This document shows, piece by piece, positions 37,288 to 47,160 of a stretch of DNA of 64,000 nucleotides. Made by a program: the position numbers and the translations under genes. A model generated the notes under the pieces. That model searched no databases. It was not told the origin of the DNA and saw only the letters and a list, made by a program, of their open reading frames with translations. The DNA comes from Candidatus Eiseniibacteriota bacterium (GTDB lineage Bacteria; Eisenbacteria; RBG-16-71-46; CAVPCR01): NCBI GenBank assembly GCA_963823555.1, contig CAWGMA010000001.1, forward strand, positions 704,001-768,000, given 5' to 3'. Within the stretch, counting starts at the first letter, position 1, and each line of letters begins with the position of its first letter.

Positions 37288-37911
37288 ATGGGCATGGAGA
37301 TCCGCGAGGAAGCGCTGACCGCTCTCGAGGAGCACTCACGGATCTCGATCGCGTTCAAGGTAGACCGGGTCTTCGATATCGCAATACGTGATCGAGGTCT
37401 GGGCGGCATCGAGCTCACCGAGCGGCGACTCGACACGTCCTATGTCAAGGACTACGACTCGGTCGAGGGAGATCATCCGCTCCACTGGGAGCAGAGGTTC
37501 GACCTCTCCAACTGGGGCCTGCTCTCGGCATGGTCCGGCGGCGTGCATGTCGGCGGCGCCGCGATCGCCTTCCGGACCAAGGGGTTGTGCATGCTGGATG
37601 ACCGCGAGGACCTCGCCGTATTGTGGGATCTCCGCGTATCCCCCGAGCACCGGGGGCAGGGCGTCGGCGCGGTGCTCTTCGCCGCCGCCGAGGACTGGGC
37701 CAGGGCGCGTGGCTGCCGGCAGCTCAAGGTCGAAACGCAGAACGTGAACGTCGGCGCGTGCCGGTTCTACGCCGGCCGGGGCTGCGTGCTCGGCGGCATT
37801 CACCGCTTCGCCTATCCCGGTTTGCCAGAAGAGATTCAGCTCCTGTGGTACAAGGATCTGACGTCCGGGACGCATCCCGCAGCTGAGAGTCGAGGTGACG
37901 ACGGCACATGA
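37288..37911 (+). CDS. GNAT acetyltransferase (streptothricin-acetyltransferase-like)
   Basis: YVKDYD, LWDLRVSPEHRGQGVG and KVETQNVNVGACRFY. Confidence 0.85.
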   Translation: MGMEIREEALTALEEHSRISIAFKVDRVFDIAIRDRGLGGIELTERRLDTSYVKDYDSVEGDHPLHWEQRFDLSNWGLLSAWSGGVHVGGAAIAFRTKGLCMLDDREDLAVLWDLRVSPEHRGQGVGAVLFAAAEDWARARGCRQLKVETQNVNVGACRFYAGRGCVLGGIHRFAYPGLPEEIQLLWYKDLTSGTHPAAESRGDDGT

Positions 37912-38783
37912 AGGTTCATCTGGTCGATGGAACCTACGAGCTCTTCCGGAGCTACTTCGGAGCGCCGCCCAAGCGGGCGCCCGACGGCCGCGAGGTCGGC
38001 GCTACCCTCGGCCTCGTGCGGAGTCTGTTCTCGCTCCTGTCCTCGCCGGGTGTGACCCATGTGGCCTGTGCTTTCGATCATGTCATTGAGTCCTTCCGCA
38101 ACGAGCTCTTTCCCGCGTACAAGACGGGCGATGGCATCGCGCCGGACCTTCTCGCCCAGTTCCCGCTGGCCGAGGAAGCCGTGGCCGCGCTCGGCATCGT
38201 CGTGTGGCCGATGGTGGAGTTCGAGGCCGACGACGCGCTGGCCACCGGAGTTGCCAGGGTCCAGGACGCCCCCGGCGTCGAGCAAGTCGTGGTCTGCTCG
38301 CCCGACAAGGATCTGACCCAGCTGGTCGATGGCACACGGGTCGTGTGCTGGGATCGCCGGCGTGACATCGTGCTCGACGAGGAAGGGGTGGTCGGGAAGT
38401 TCGGGGTGCGGCCCCGCTCCATCCCCGACTGGCTCGCGCTCGTGGGCGATGCTTCCGATGGCTTCCCCGGGGTGCCGGGATGGGGAGCCAAGTCATCAGC
38501 TGCCGTGCTGTCGCGCTTCGAGCATCTGGAGTCGATTCCGGAGGATCCTGCGGCGTGGGGCATGCCGATGAACCGGGCCACTCGTCTCGCAGAGAGCCTC
38601 GAGGCGCACCGAGAAGAGGCACTGCTCTATCGACGACTGGCGACGCTGCGCCGTGATGTTCCCCTCGCCGAGGAGCTCGCAGATCTCGAATGGCGCGGCG
38701 CGCGCCGCGGGCTCGAAGCCATGTGCCGTGACTGGTGGGAGCAAGATCTGCCACGTCGCATCACCCGCTGGCAAGATGACTGA
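37908..38783 (+). CDS. Standalone 5'-3' exonuclease / flap endonuclease
   Basis: LVDGTYELFR, FEADDALAT, SPDKDL and H3TH motif LALVGDASDGFPGVPGWGAKS; no polymerase domain. Confidence 0.9.
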   Translation: MKVHLVDGTYELFRSYFGAPPKRAPDGREVGATLGLVRSLFSLLSSPGVTHVACAFDHVIESFRNELFPAYKTGDGIAPDLLAQFPLAEEAVAALGIVVWPMVEFEADDALATGVARVQDAPGVEQVVVCSPDKDLTQLVDGTRVVCWDRRRDIVLDEEGVVGKFGVRPRSIPDWLALVGDASDGFPGVPGWGAKSSAAVLSRFEHLESIPEDPAAWGMPMNRATRLAESLEAHREEALLYRRLATLRRDVPLAEELADLEWRGARRGLEAMCRDWWEQDLPRRITRWQDD

Positions 38784-38897
38784 TACCGTGCAGGGTGCTC
38801 TCGATAATGGATCAGATTCCCACCAATCTGGATGTCGTGCGTGCTCTCGAAGAGAACTCAATGCCGGCCGACCATCAGGCTCCCCGCAGGAGGTGCC

Positions 38898-39755
38898 ATG
38901 TCCATCCGACCAGTCAAGAAGATCACGTCCGCCAAGCCGACCATCGAGGGAGCCGGCGTCAAGCTGCATCGGGCCTTCGGATTCGGCGACACCAAGGACA
39001 CCGATCCCTTCCTTCTCCTCGATGACTTCCGGAACGACAACCCGGAGGACTATCTCGCCGGCTTCCCCTGGCACCCGCACCGGGGCATCGAGACCATCAC
39101 CTACATGCTCGCGGGACTGGTGAGCCATACCGACAGCCTCGGTAATCAGGGTTCCCTGGGGCCGGGAGACGTGCAGTGGATGACGGCCGGGAGCGGGATC
39201 CTCCATCAGGAGATGCCCGAGGGCGACGACCGCGGGCGGATGCAGGGCTTCCAGCTGTGGGCGAATCTCCCATCTTCTCTCAAGATGACCACGCCCCGCT
39301 ATCAGGACATTCGCGCTCGCGATATCCCGGAGGTGGTCGACGCCGACGGCACCCGGGTCCGGATCGTGTGCGGAACCTACGGTGGGAAGAAGGGCCCCGT
39401 GGATGGGGTTGCCGCCGCCCCTCGCTATTTCGATGTCGAGGTCCCCGCCGGCGTCGAGAAGGCGATTCCAGTCGAATCCTCGCGGAACGCGATCGCCTAC
39501 GTGTTCGCGGGGAGCGGTCGCTTCGGGGACGGGGCGCCGCCACCGCAGGCCGGCAACCGCTCGCTCGTGCTCTTCGGGACCGGCGACGAGGTGGTCGTGC
39601 TTGCCGGGGATCAGGGCGTTCGATTCCTGCTCGTGTCGGGGGAGCCGATTGCGGAGCCCGTGGCCTGGCACGGACCGATCGTGATGAACACCCAGGAGGA
39701 GCTGAAGCAGGCGATGACCGAGCTCCGCGACGGGACGTTCATCAAGCATGAGTGA
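38898..39755 (+). CDS. Pirin family protein
   Basis: EGAGV, DPFLLLD, FPWHPHRGIETITY, QWMTAGSGILHQE, FQLW.NLP and GPIVMN. Confidence 0.95.
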   Translation: MSIRPVKKITSAKPTIEGAGVKLHRAFGFGDTKDTDPFLLLDDFRNDNPEDYLAGFPWHPHRGIETITYMLAGLVSHTDSLGNQGSLGPGDVQWMTAGSGILHQEMPEGDDRGRMQGFQLWANLPSSLKMTTPRYQDIRARDIPEVVDADGTRVRIVCGTYGGKKGPVDGVAAAPRYFDVEVPAGVEKAIPVESSRNAIAYVFAGSGRFGDGAPPPQAGNRSLVLFGTGDEVVVLAGDQGVRFLLVSGEPIAEPVAWHGPIVMNTQEELKQAMTELRDGTFIKHE

Positions 39756-39770
39756 GATCCTCCCGCGCCC

Positions 39771-40076
39771 ATGTTGACGATTCGAGAGGCTCGCCGGGAA
39801 GACGCGCGGCGGATCGCCGAGATCTATGCGATCTATGTCGATCCCGCGGCATGGCGCCGGGGAGCGGGGCGCCTCCTCATGGATGAGGCGGGCGCGCGCT
39901 TCCGGAAAGAGGGATACAGCCGGGTGACGCTCTGGGTCCTCGCCGAGAATGCGGCGGGACGCCGGTTCTACGCAGCACTCGGGTTCACAGAGGACGTGAG
40001 CGCGAGGAAGATGATCGAGCACGGTGGTCGGGAGCTGATCGAGCTCCGCTATACTCGGGAACTGGTCGAGATGTGA
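39771..40076 (+). pseudogene. GNAT acetyltransferase with an apparent in-frame internal deletion
   Basis: MLTIREARREDARRIAEI joins directly to YAIYVDPAAWRRGAG; the middle of the fold is missing (101 aa). Confidence 0.6.
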
Positions 40077-40148
40077 CGGGGTGGGCGCGCTTCGCGCTGA
40101 CGCCGGGTCGAGGGTGGACGTAGGGCAAACCAAGGGAGGGCGGCAGAA

Positions 40149-40847
40149 GTGCGTCGACATCATTTCGAGCGGCACTACTCCGAGCGAATCGGGTGGTTGC
40201 GAGCGGCCGTGCTGGGCGCCAACGATGGAATCCTGTCCACGGCGAGCCTGGTTCTGGGAGTCACCGCAGCCCATGCAGCGCGAGGCGAGGTCCTGATCGC
40301 CGGGGTTGCGGGTCTCGTCGCCGGGGCGATGTCGATGGCCGCCGGCGAGTACGTGTCCGTGAGCTCCCAGGCGGACACCGAGAAGGCGGATCTCGAGCGG
40401 GAGCGCCACGAGCTCGAGACCGACGTGGAGTACGAGCGCAAGGAGCTCGCCGGCATCTATGAGTCCCGCGGTCTCGAACCGTCGCTTGCGCAGCAGGTTG
40501 CCCATCAGCTCATGGCCCATGATGCGCTGGCGGCACATGCGCGCGATGAGCTTGGATTGTCCGATGTCCACAGCGCTCGCCCCCTGCAGGCGGCAGGGGC
40601 CTCCGCCGCCACGTTCGCCCTGGGGGCGGCCCTGCCGCTCCTGTTCGTTCTCCTCACCCCGTACGAGACGATCATCCCCGTCGTCGCCGGTGGCTCCCTG
40701 GCGTCCCTGGCCGTGATGGGCGGGGTCGCCGCACGCGCCGGCGGCGCCGGCGTCGCCGTGGGCGCCGGCCGAGTGACCTTGTGGGGTGTTGTGGCCATGG
40801 CGATAACTGCCGGGATCGGCGCGCTCTTCGGCACGGTGGCGGCCTGA
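40149..40847 (+). CDS. VIT1/CCC1 family iron/manganese transporter
   Basis: WLRAAVLGANDGILS, AGAMSMAAGEYVSVSSQ and HARDELG. Confidence 0.95.
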   Translation: MRRHHFERHYSERIGWLRAAVLGANDGILSTASLVLGVTAAHAARGEVLIAGVAGLVAGAMSMAAGEYVSVSSQADTEKADLERERHELETDVEYERKELAGIYESRGLEPSLAQQVAHQLMAHDALAAHARDELGLSDVHSARPLQAAGASAATFALGAALPLLFVLLTPYETIIPVVAGGSLASLAVMGGVAARAGGAGVAVGAGRVTLWGVVAMAITAGIGALFGTVAA

Positions 40848-40869
40848 GCTCGGGCCGGGAGGAAGGCAC

Positions 40870-41715
40870 ATGACCCGCATCGGCCTGGCGCTCGGCGGCG
40901 GCGGTGTGCGCGGGCTCGCTCATGTCTGCGTCCTCGAGCGTCTCGACCGCCTGGGGATGAGGCCGTCGCTCATCGCCGGTTGCAGCATGGGTGCGATCAT
41001 CGGCGCGCTCTACGCGGCCGGGTGGGCCGGCAGGGCCATCCACGAGCTGATCGATACCCATACCATCCACCGCAAGGACACCTGGCGGGACATCCTGCAC
41101 AAGGGGCCGGCGATTCTCAAGTGGGCCTTCGCCCTGACTCCGACTCTGAGACACGGCGGGCTCTTGAATGTCGATCGGCTCCTGGATCAGCTCCTGGGAT
41201 CGGTGGCGAAAGCTGACTTTGCCGAGCTCGAGATTCCACTCGTCGTGGTGGCCACCGACTTCCGGTCCGCAGAGCAAGTTGTGCTCTCTACCGGTCCGAT
41301 CCAGCCGGCGGTGCGTGCCAGCCTAGCCGTGCCCGGGCTGTTCGCCCCGGTCAAGCACGATGGCCGGATCCTGGTCGACGGCGGACTGGTCAATCAGGTG
41401 CCCTTTGATCTCCTGATCGGCAAGACCGACTTCACGATCGCCGTTGATGTTGGAAGCGGCGGCATTCCCGGCGAAGAAAACGTACCGAGTGCCAGCAAGG
41501 CCCTGCTGCGGGCTGTCAGGATCATGCAATTCAAGCAGCTGGGGCACAAGCTCGAGAGAGGCAGACCTGACATTCTGCTCCAGCCCGAAATGGGGGACAT
41601 CGGCCTGTACGACATTCACCGGGTCGAGGAGATCCTCAGGAACGGAGAGGCCGCGTGCGCCGATCTCGATCGGCGCCTGGGGGCGCTGGGAACGGGTCCA
41701 CCAGCGGCCGGTTGA
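40870..41715 (+). CDS. Patatin-like phospholipase
   Basis: LALGGGGVRG, GCSMG and LVDGG. Confidence 0.92.
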   Translation: MTRIGLALGGGGVRGLAHVCVLERLDRLGMRPSLIAGCSMGAIIGALYAAGWAGRAIHELIDTHTIHRKDTWRDILHKGPAILKWAFALTPTLRHGGLLNVDRLLDQLLGSVAKADFAELEIPLVVVATDFRSAEQVVLSTGPIQPAVRASLAVPGLFAPVKHDGRILVDGGLVNQVPFDLLIGKTDFTIAVDVGSGGIPGEENVPSASKALLRAVRIMQFKQLGHKLERGRPDILLQPEMGDIGLYDIHRVEEILRNGEAACADLDRRLGALGTGPPAAG

Positions 41716-41738
41716 CCGCCGGGTGAGCGGGAGATCCG

Positions 41739-42311
41739 ATGAGCAAGTTCGCGGAGTTCGATGCGGATTCGAGGCGGCAGCGTCGGCTCTCCGCCGGGGA
41801 CGGCCTCGTGATCCGGGCGCCGCGTGAATCGGATCTGCCGGAGCTGGCGGCGATCGCCGCCGAGAGGGAAGAGGAGCCGGTGGCGGACTGGCTCCAGGCC
41901 TTCGCGAGCATCTACGAGGAGAGCCGCGCCGGCCGGGCCCTGCTTCTGGTCGCCGTTTTCGATTCGGTCGTGGCCGGTTACGGCAAGGCAGCGGCCTTCG
42001 TTCCCCCTGCGGGCTCGCCCGCGAACGTCGCCCCGGAAGGCTGGTACCTGACCGGCGTCGTCGTCAGTCCAGCTCTCAGGCGGCGCAGTGTGGGAACGTT
42101 CCTGACGCGGGCGCGACTGGGCTGGATCGCCAGCCGCAGCGATCGGGCCTACTACGTCGCCAACGAGAAGAACGTCGTGAGCATCGAACTCCACCGCCGG
42201 CTCGGGTTCGTCGAGTTGACGCGCGATGTTTTCCATCCCCAGGTCCGGTTCACGGGTGGCCGTGGCATTCTCTTCGCATGCGACCTCCGCACCGGCGACT
42301 CGAACCGATGA
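41739..42311 (+). CDS. GNAT acetyltransferase
   Basis: GWYLTGVVV.PALRRRSVG and NVVSIELHRRLGF. Confidence 0.85.
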   Translation: MSKFAEFDADSRRQRRLSAGDGLVIRAPRESDLPELAAIAAEREEEPVADWLQAFASIYEESRAGRALLLVAVFDSVVAGYGKAAAFVPPAGSPANVAPEGWYLTGVVVSPALRRRSVGTFLTRARLGWIASRSDRAYYVANEKNVVSIELHRRLGFVELTRDVFHPQVRFTGGRGILFACDLRTGDSNR

Positions 42312-42321
42312 CGAGATTCCG

Positions 42322-43032
42322 TTGAGAGTCGAGCAGCTATCCCATCTCACGCTTCTCTTCGCCGTTCTCCTCGCGCTCTTCATCGTCGGCCCCGCATTGC
42401 TTTCGGGCCCCTTCGGTCCGTACGCGCTCTTGAGGAGCGGCGATATCCTCGATCTCCTGACGCCGCTCGTGCTGATTCCTCTCTACTGGCTCCTCTTCCA
42501 GCACGGCGGCGCGAGCGCGCCCGGGCGCGCTCGCGCCGTGGCTTTCCTCGTTCTCGCAGCGCTCTGGGTCGAGGGCCAGGGCATGCACCTCGCGGCCAAT
42601 GCGATCGGCCATCTCGGCGAGGATTTCGCCGGCACGCCGGCCGCCGCTCTCGTTCACTTCATCGATGAGCGACTGAGTCACTTCATGTGGCATACGGGTC
42701 TGGCCGGGCTTTCGGCCCTTCTCATTCATCGCGAATGGTGGAGCCCGGTGTCCGATCGACCCGGTGGACCGGGATTCGAGATCGCAGCCGGCATCCTCTA
42801 TGGTATGACCTACTTTCTCGCGATCGTGGAGGGAGCCACGACGGTCCTCGGCCTTCCCTTCGCCGTGCTGGCAGTTGGCCTGCTCGGCGTGCGGGGATGG
42901 CGGAGGGTCTGCCGCCAACCGCTCCTGGTCTTCTTCTTCGTGGGCTACACGGTAGCCACCCTGTGCTTTCTGGCGTGGGGCATCGCCTGGCACGGATGGC
43001 CCGAGCCGAGCGCGGTCGGGATCATCGAGTAG
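42322..43032 (+). CDS. Hypothetical multi-pass membrane protein (start uncertain)
   Basis: About 7 hydrophobic helices; GQGMHLAANAI..DERLSHFMWH with His residues that could bind metal. Confidence 0.65.
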   Translation: MRVEQLSHLTLLFAVLLALFIVGPALLSGPFGPYALLRSGDILDLLTPLVLIPLYWLLFQHGGASAPGRARAVAFLVLAALWVEGQGMHLAANAIGHLGEDFAGTPAAALVHFIDERLSHFMWHTGLAGLSALLIHREWWSPVSDRPGGPGFEIAAGILYGMTYFLAIVEGATTVLGLPFAVLAVGLLGVRGWRRVCRQPLLVFFFVGYTVATLCFLAWGIAWHGWPEPSAVGIIE

Positions 43033-43047
43033 GATCGGGATCTGACG

Positions 43048-43632
43048 GTGCAGGATCGGAAAGGCATCAAGACGTCACCTCGGGACATTCCGGACGGCGC
43101 TTGGGTGTTCCATGCCAATGTTCCGCCGCGGCAGGCGTGCACGCGGTTCTTCGGGGCGAGCGCGGCCAGGGCGGTCGAGGCGGAGATCGAGATCGCGTGG
43201 GCGGGGCCGTCTCGCCTGCGTATCGCCGTTCCGGACGTCCCGCTCGCATGGGACATCGTGGTCCAGGAGACCGGGGCGACCCGATTGATGAACGCCATGG
43301 CCCGGCTCCTTCCGGGCGGCGCCTGGCGAAACCCGGCAGTTCTCGCTGCCATGGGGGCAGTGGCTGGACCGCTCCTGGGTGTGGGGCGCATCGGTCTCCA
43401 GGGAAGCGCGCCCAACGGCCAGCGGTTCATCGCCAATCCACACGTCCTGTGGGCGGTCGCCGACAGCCGGGCCGTCGTGGCGGGCGAGGATGTCGGGCCC
43501 CCAGGGCCGGTGACGCCGCAGGCTCGCTTGGGGGACTTCTGGATTCCGCAGCGCGGAATGCTGGCGATCGGCGCGGCCTATTTCGAACCGTTCGATCCGG
43601 CGCGTCATTCCGCCTGCACTTCGATCGTGTAG
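43048..43632 (+). CDS. Hypothetical protein, possibly 5'-truncated
   Basis: ORF with GSAPNGQRF.ANP and LGDFWIPQRG; weak start context. Confidence 0.55.
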   Translation: MQDRKGIKTSPRDIPDGAWVFHANVPPRQACTRFFGASAARAVEAEIEIAWAGPSRLRIAVPDVPLAWDIVVQETGATRLMNAMARLLPGGAWRNPAVLAAMGAVAGPLLGVGRIGLQGSAPNGQRFIANPHVLWAVADSRAVVAGEDVGPPGPVTPQARLGDFWIPQRGMLAIGAAYFEPFDPARHSACTSIV

Positions 43633-43684
43633 CTGAGTGCGGGCTACCGGGTGGCGTACGGTCGATTGAGAGAGGAACGAGAAT

Positions 43685-44014
43685 ATGGCCTACGACGAAT
43701 CGGTGGCGGACCGCGTGCGTCAAGCTCTCAAGGGGCGCCGCCAGCTCGAAGAGAAGAGGATGTTCGGCGGGCTGGCCTTCATGCTTCGCGGGCACATGAT
43801 CTGTGGCGTGCTCGGCGATGAGCTCATGCTCCGGGTCGGGCCTGACGCCCATGACGGGGCGCTCGCGGCGCCCCATGTGCGGCCGATGGACTTCACGGGG
43901 AAACCGATGCGCGGGTTCGTTTTCGTCGAGCCGGCGGGTTTCGCGTCGGAGCGGGACCTCAAGGCGTGGGTCGAGAAGGCGGTCGATTTCTCACTCTCTC
44001 TCCGTGCCAAGTAG
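43685..44014 (+). CDS. TfoX/Sxy N-terminal domain family protein
   Basis: MAYDE..ADRVR, EKRMFGGLAFM and MDFTGKPMRGFVFV. Confidence 0.88.
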   Translation: MAYDESVADRVRQALKGRRQLEEKRMFGGLAFMLRGHMICGVLGDELMLRVGPDAHDGALAAPHVRPMDFTGKPMRGFVFVEPAGFASERDLKAWVEKAVDFSLSLRAK

Positions 44015-44050
44015 GGGCTCCCAGGCCCTGGCGCAAGAAAGGAGGAGCCG

Positions 44051-44377
44051 ATGCGTCAAGGGATCGAATACACTCCCACTGAACGGTTCTGGCTGCTCAT
44101 CCTCGGCGTGTGCGGCCTCCTGGGCGTCAACGGCGCGTTTGCTTATGGCCTCCTCTACCGTCCCGGTGCTCTGAGTGCGGCGCTCGCCAACCCGCTGGCG
44201 GCTGCGTTCATCATCGAAGCGCTGATCCTGGTCTTCGTCTTCGCCTACCTCTTCCGGCGGTGGGGGGTAAGCCGGCTGGGGTGGGGTTGGTTCGTGTTGC
44301 TGTCGCTTGTGGGCAGCATGGCCTTCGCCATTCCGGTTGTCCTCCTGTTTCCGCGACGAAATGAAGGTGGCGGGTGA
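44051..44377 (+). CDS. Small hypothetical membrane protein
   Basis: AGGAGG RBS; 3-4 TM segments. Confidence 0.7.
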   Translation: MRQGIEYTPTERFWLLILGVCGLLGVNGAFAYGLLYRPGALSAALANPLAAAFIIEALILVFVFAYLFRRWGVSRLGWGWFVLLSLVGSMAFAIPVVLLFPRRNEGGG

Positions 44378-44547
44378 GAGTGCCAGGTTGCCAGACATCG
44401 GCAATCAGGACAAATGCATGATGTTTGCTGGTGAACGGAGAGTGCAATCATTGGAACCCGCCATGCCCCTGCCTAGTAAATCCTGGGAAGCGGCTGGCGC
44501 TTCTTGGACGCCAGCGTTTTGGGACTTCGACTAGGAGGAGGATTGCG

Positions 44548-44817
44548 ATGGCCAGTTACGTTCTCATCCGGCACCGGGTGCGGGACTTCGTGGAATGGAA
44601 GAAGGAGTACGACAAACATCTGGCTAAGCGTAACGAAGCGACGCTCACGGAGCGGCAACTTCTGCACGGTTCGAACGACCCGAATGAAGTGGTCGTGCTC
44701 TTCGAGGTCGGCGACATGAAGCGCGCCAAGGCGTTTGCCGAGTCCGCCGATCTCAGGGAGACAATGCAGAAGGCCGGCGTGCTCGACAGGCCGGATGTCC
44801 ATTTCCTCAACGATTGA
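44548..44817 (+). CDS. Small dimeric alpha+beta barrel (ABM/cyclase-like) protein
   Basis: AGGAGG RBS; LIRHRVRDF.EWK..YD...DPNEVVVLF...DLRETMQKAGV. Confidence 0.8.
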   Translation: MASYVLIRHRVRDFVEWKKEYDKHLAKRNEATLTERQLLHGSNDPNEVVVLFEVGDMKRAKAFAESADLRETMQKAGVLDRPDVHFLND

Positions 44818-44871
44818 CGCTGCCAGCAAGCAACGCCGCGGTGAGGCCGCCCCGGCGGAGGTCATCGGGCC

Positions 44872-45171
44872 ATGTGCAGGAGCATCAGGACGCTGTTCAA
44901 TTTCGAGCCGCCGGTCACGGATGAGGAGATTCAGGCTGCGTCGCTTCAGTTCGTGCGCAAGCTGACCGGGTTCACGCGGCCGTCGCGGGCCAACGAAGCT
45001 GCGTTCGGACAGGCTGTCGACCGGGTTTCGGCGGTGGCCCGGGAGCTCCTCGATTCGCTCGTGACAACCGCGCCGCCGCGCAACCGCGTAGTTGAGGCGG
45101 CGAAGGTGCAATCCCGAGCCGCGACGCGGGTCGGGAGAACGGATGCGAGAGAGCCGCAGGGCGTGTCGTGA
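44872..45171 (+). CDS. DUF2277 family protein
   Basis: MCRSIRTLFNFEPPVTDEEIQAASLQFVRK. Confidence 0.88.
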   Translation: MCRSIRTLFNFEPPVTDEEIQAASLQFVRKLTGFTRPSRANEAAFGQAVDRVSAVARELLDSLVTTAPPRNRVVEAAKVQSRAATRVGRTDAREPQGVS

Positions 45172-45203
45172 TATGACACGGTTCCGCAACGGAAAGTGAG
45201 GCG

Positions 45204-45575
45204 ATGGTGGCCGCCTTGATCACGGCACCGACGGTCATTGCCGCTGCCGGCAATCTGCCAAAGCGGATCGAGGAATTCGTCGGGCGGGTGAACTCGGGGA
45301 CGCCCGAGGTGAGCATCGCGCGGATGACGAGCCCGGCCGGGTGGCAGGAACCCGGACAGAGGCCGGAGTTCACCGAGTACACGGTCGTCCTCCGCGGAGA
45401 GCTCACAGTGGAGACGGAGGGCTCGGCCCTCAAAGTGGGGGCCGGGCAGGCCGTCGTCGTTCCCGCGGGCGAGTGGGTGCGCTATAGCACGCCGGGAGCG
45501 GAGGGCGCCGAGTACGTGGCGATCTGCCTCCCGGCGTTCTCGCCCGAAACGGTGCATCGAGATGAGAGCCGGTAG
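45204..45575 (+). CDS. Cupin-domain protein
   Basis: KRIEEFVGRVN, GWQEPGQRPEFTEYT and YVAICLPAFSP. Confidence 0.85.
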   Translation: MVAALITAPTVIAAAGNLPKRIEEFVGRVNSGTPEVSIARMTSPAGWQEPGQRPEFTEYTVVLRGELTVETEGSALKVGAGQAVVVPAGEWVRYSTPGAEGAEYVAICLPAFSPETVHRDESR

Positions 45576-45576
45576 C

Positions 45577-45810
45577 CATGGCGTGCTCGGCGAGGCCCAT
45601 CGCGTCCTGAAGCCCGGGGGTTTCCTCCAGTTCTCGATCACGCATCCCCGCTTCGATACGCCTCTTCGGCGGACTCTCCGCCACCCCGACGGCATGTCCT
45701 ATGCCGTCGAGGTCGGTGACTACTTCCGCCATGCCGATGATGCGCAGGTCGTGGCGCACTTCCTTCGCTTCCGGGTGCGAAAGCCGTCTCCGGACCGAGA
45801 CCGTGATTGA
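45577..45810 (+). pseudogene. Methyltransferase remnant (no SAM-binding N-terminus, internal deletion)
   Basis: VLGEAHRVLKPGGFLQFSITHP.FDTP...AVEVGDYFR joined to DAQVVAHFL.FRVRKP; no proper start. Confidence 0.6.
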
Positions 45811-45893
45811 CAGTCTGATCGTCATTGACAAGACTGGACGGTATCTCCCCGGCTACACCGCGACGATGTCATTAGATGTAAGGAGAATCCGAC

Positions 45894-46355
45894 ATGGAAA
45901 TGCCGAAGCCGAGCCCGGGACACAAGCGTCTGGAGAGGATGGCGGGTCACTGGGAAGGGGAGGAGAAGATGCATCCCTCCCAGTGGGATCCGAAGGGCGG
46001 CACCGCCATCGCGAGCATGAAGAGCGAGTATGCGTTGAGCGGATTCGCGCTCATCGGCGACTACGAGCAGAAGCGTGGCGGCACGGTCACGTTCACCGGC
46101 CACAGCGTCATGACCTACAACGCCAAGGACGATCTCTATTCGCTCCACTGGTTCGATTGCATGGGCACCCCTCCCGAGGTCTTCACGGGGCGCTTCCAGG
46201 GTGACATCCTGGTCGCCGCGCACGGCGGACCGGGGACGCATGCGCGCCTCACCTATGACCTGAGCAACCCGCAAGAGATGAAGTCGAAGATGGAGATGTC
46301 GGAAGACGGTAAGAAGTGGATGACGATGTTCGAGGGGAGCTACAAGCGAGTCTGA
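45894..46355 (+). CDS. DUF1579 family protein
   Basis: AAGGAG RBS; PKP.PGHKRL...GHWEGEE...FTGH...WFDCMG...YKR. Confidence 0.85.
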   Translation: MEMPKPSPGHKRLERMAGHWEGEEKMHPSQWDPKGGTAIASMKSEYALSGFALIGDYEQKRGGTVTFTGHSVMTYNAKDDLYSLHWFDCMGTPPEVFTGRFQGDILVAAHGGPGTHARLTYDLSNPQEMKSKMEMSEDGKKWMTMFEGSYKRV

Positions 46356-46402
46356 TTCCCGGACGGCGCGATGCAGCTCGGCTAGCGGGCAAGGAGAAGC
46401 CA

Positions 46403-47131
46403 ATGCCGATCACCAACAAACAGTCGGGGACCAACATCGCAGAGGTGGCCGAAGGGATATACCGCATCAACACGCCCTTGGCCATTCCCGGCGGTCCCGA
46501 GTTCTCGTTCAATCAATACCTCATCGTCGATGAGGAGCCGCTGCTCTTTCACACCGGGCCGCGCCGGATGTTCCCTCTCGTCCGCGAGGCGGTCGCGAGC
46601 GTGGCGCCGGTCGAGAAGCTTCGCTACATCGGCTTCTCGCATGTCGAGTCGGACGAGTGCGGATCGCTGAACGAGTGGCTCGCGGCGGCTCCCAAGTCGT
46701 CGCCCCTGTGCGGCAAGATCGCCGCTCTCGTGTCGGTCGACGATCTCGCCGACCGGCCGGCGCGATCGCTCGCCGACGGTGAGACGCTCTCGCTGGGGAA
46801 GCATGCGGTCCAGTGGTTCGATGCGCCACACCTGCCGCACGGCTGGGAATGCGGGTTCATCTTCGAGTCGAGGACGAAGACGCTTTTCTGCGGCGATCTC
46901 TTCACCCAGCCGGGCTTTGGGGCGGAGGCCGTGGTGGAGACGGACATCCTGGGGCCGAGCGAGGCGTTCCGGGCGCAGATGGACTATTACTCTCACGCCA
47001 GGAACACGCGGGCGATGATCGAGCGCCTGGCGGCGACGGGGCCGACCACACTCGCCTGCATGCATGGGAGCGCGTGGCGCGGCGACGGCGGGAAGCTCCT
47101 CCGAGCGCTGGGAGACGCGGTTTCGCGCTGA
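46403..47131 (+). CDS. Metallo-beta-lactamase-fold di-iron protein (FprA/ODP-like)
   Basis: FNQYLI, SHVESDECG, PHLPHGW, LFCGDLF and CMHG. Confidence 0.85.
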   Translation: MPITNKQSGTNIAEVAEGIYRINTPLAIPGGPEFSFNQYLIVDEEPLLFHTGPRRMFPLVREAVASVAPVEKLRYIGFSHVESDECGSLNEWLAAAPKSSPLCGKIAALVSVDDLADRPARSLADGETLSLGKHAVQWFDAPHLPHGWECGFIFESRTKTLFCGDLFTQPGFGAEAVVETDILGPSEAFRAQMDYYSHARNTRAMIERLAATGPTTLACMHGSAWRGDGGKLLRALGDAVSR

Positions 47132-47160
47132 TCGTTCAAGCGAGGAGCGAGACTCGGGAC

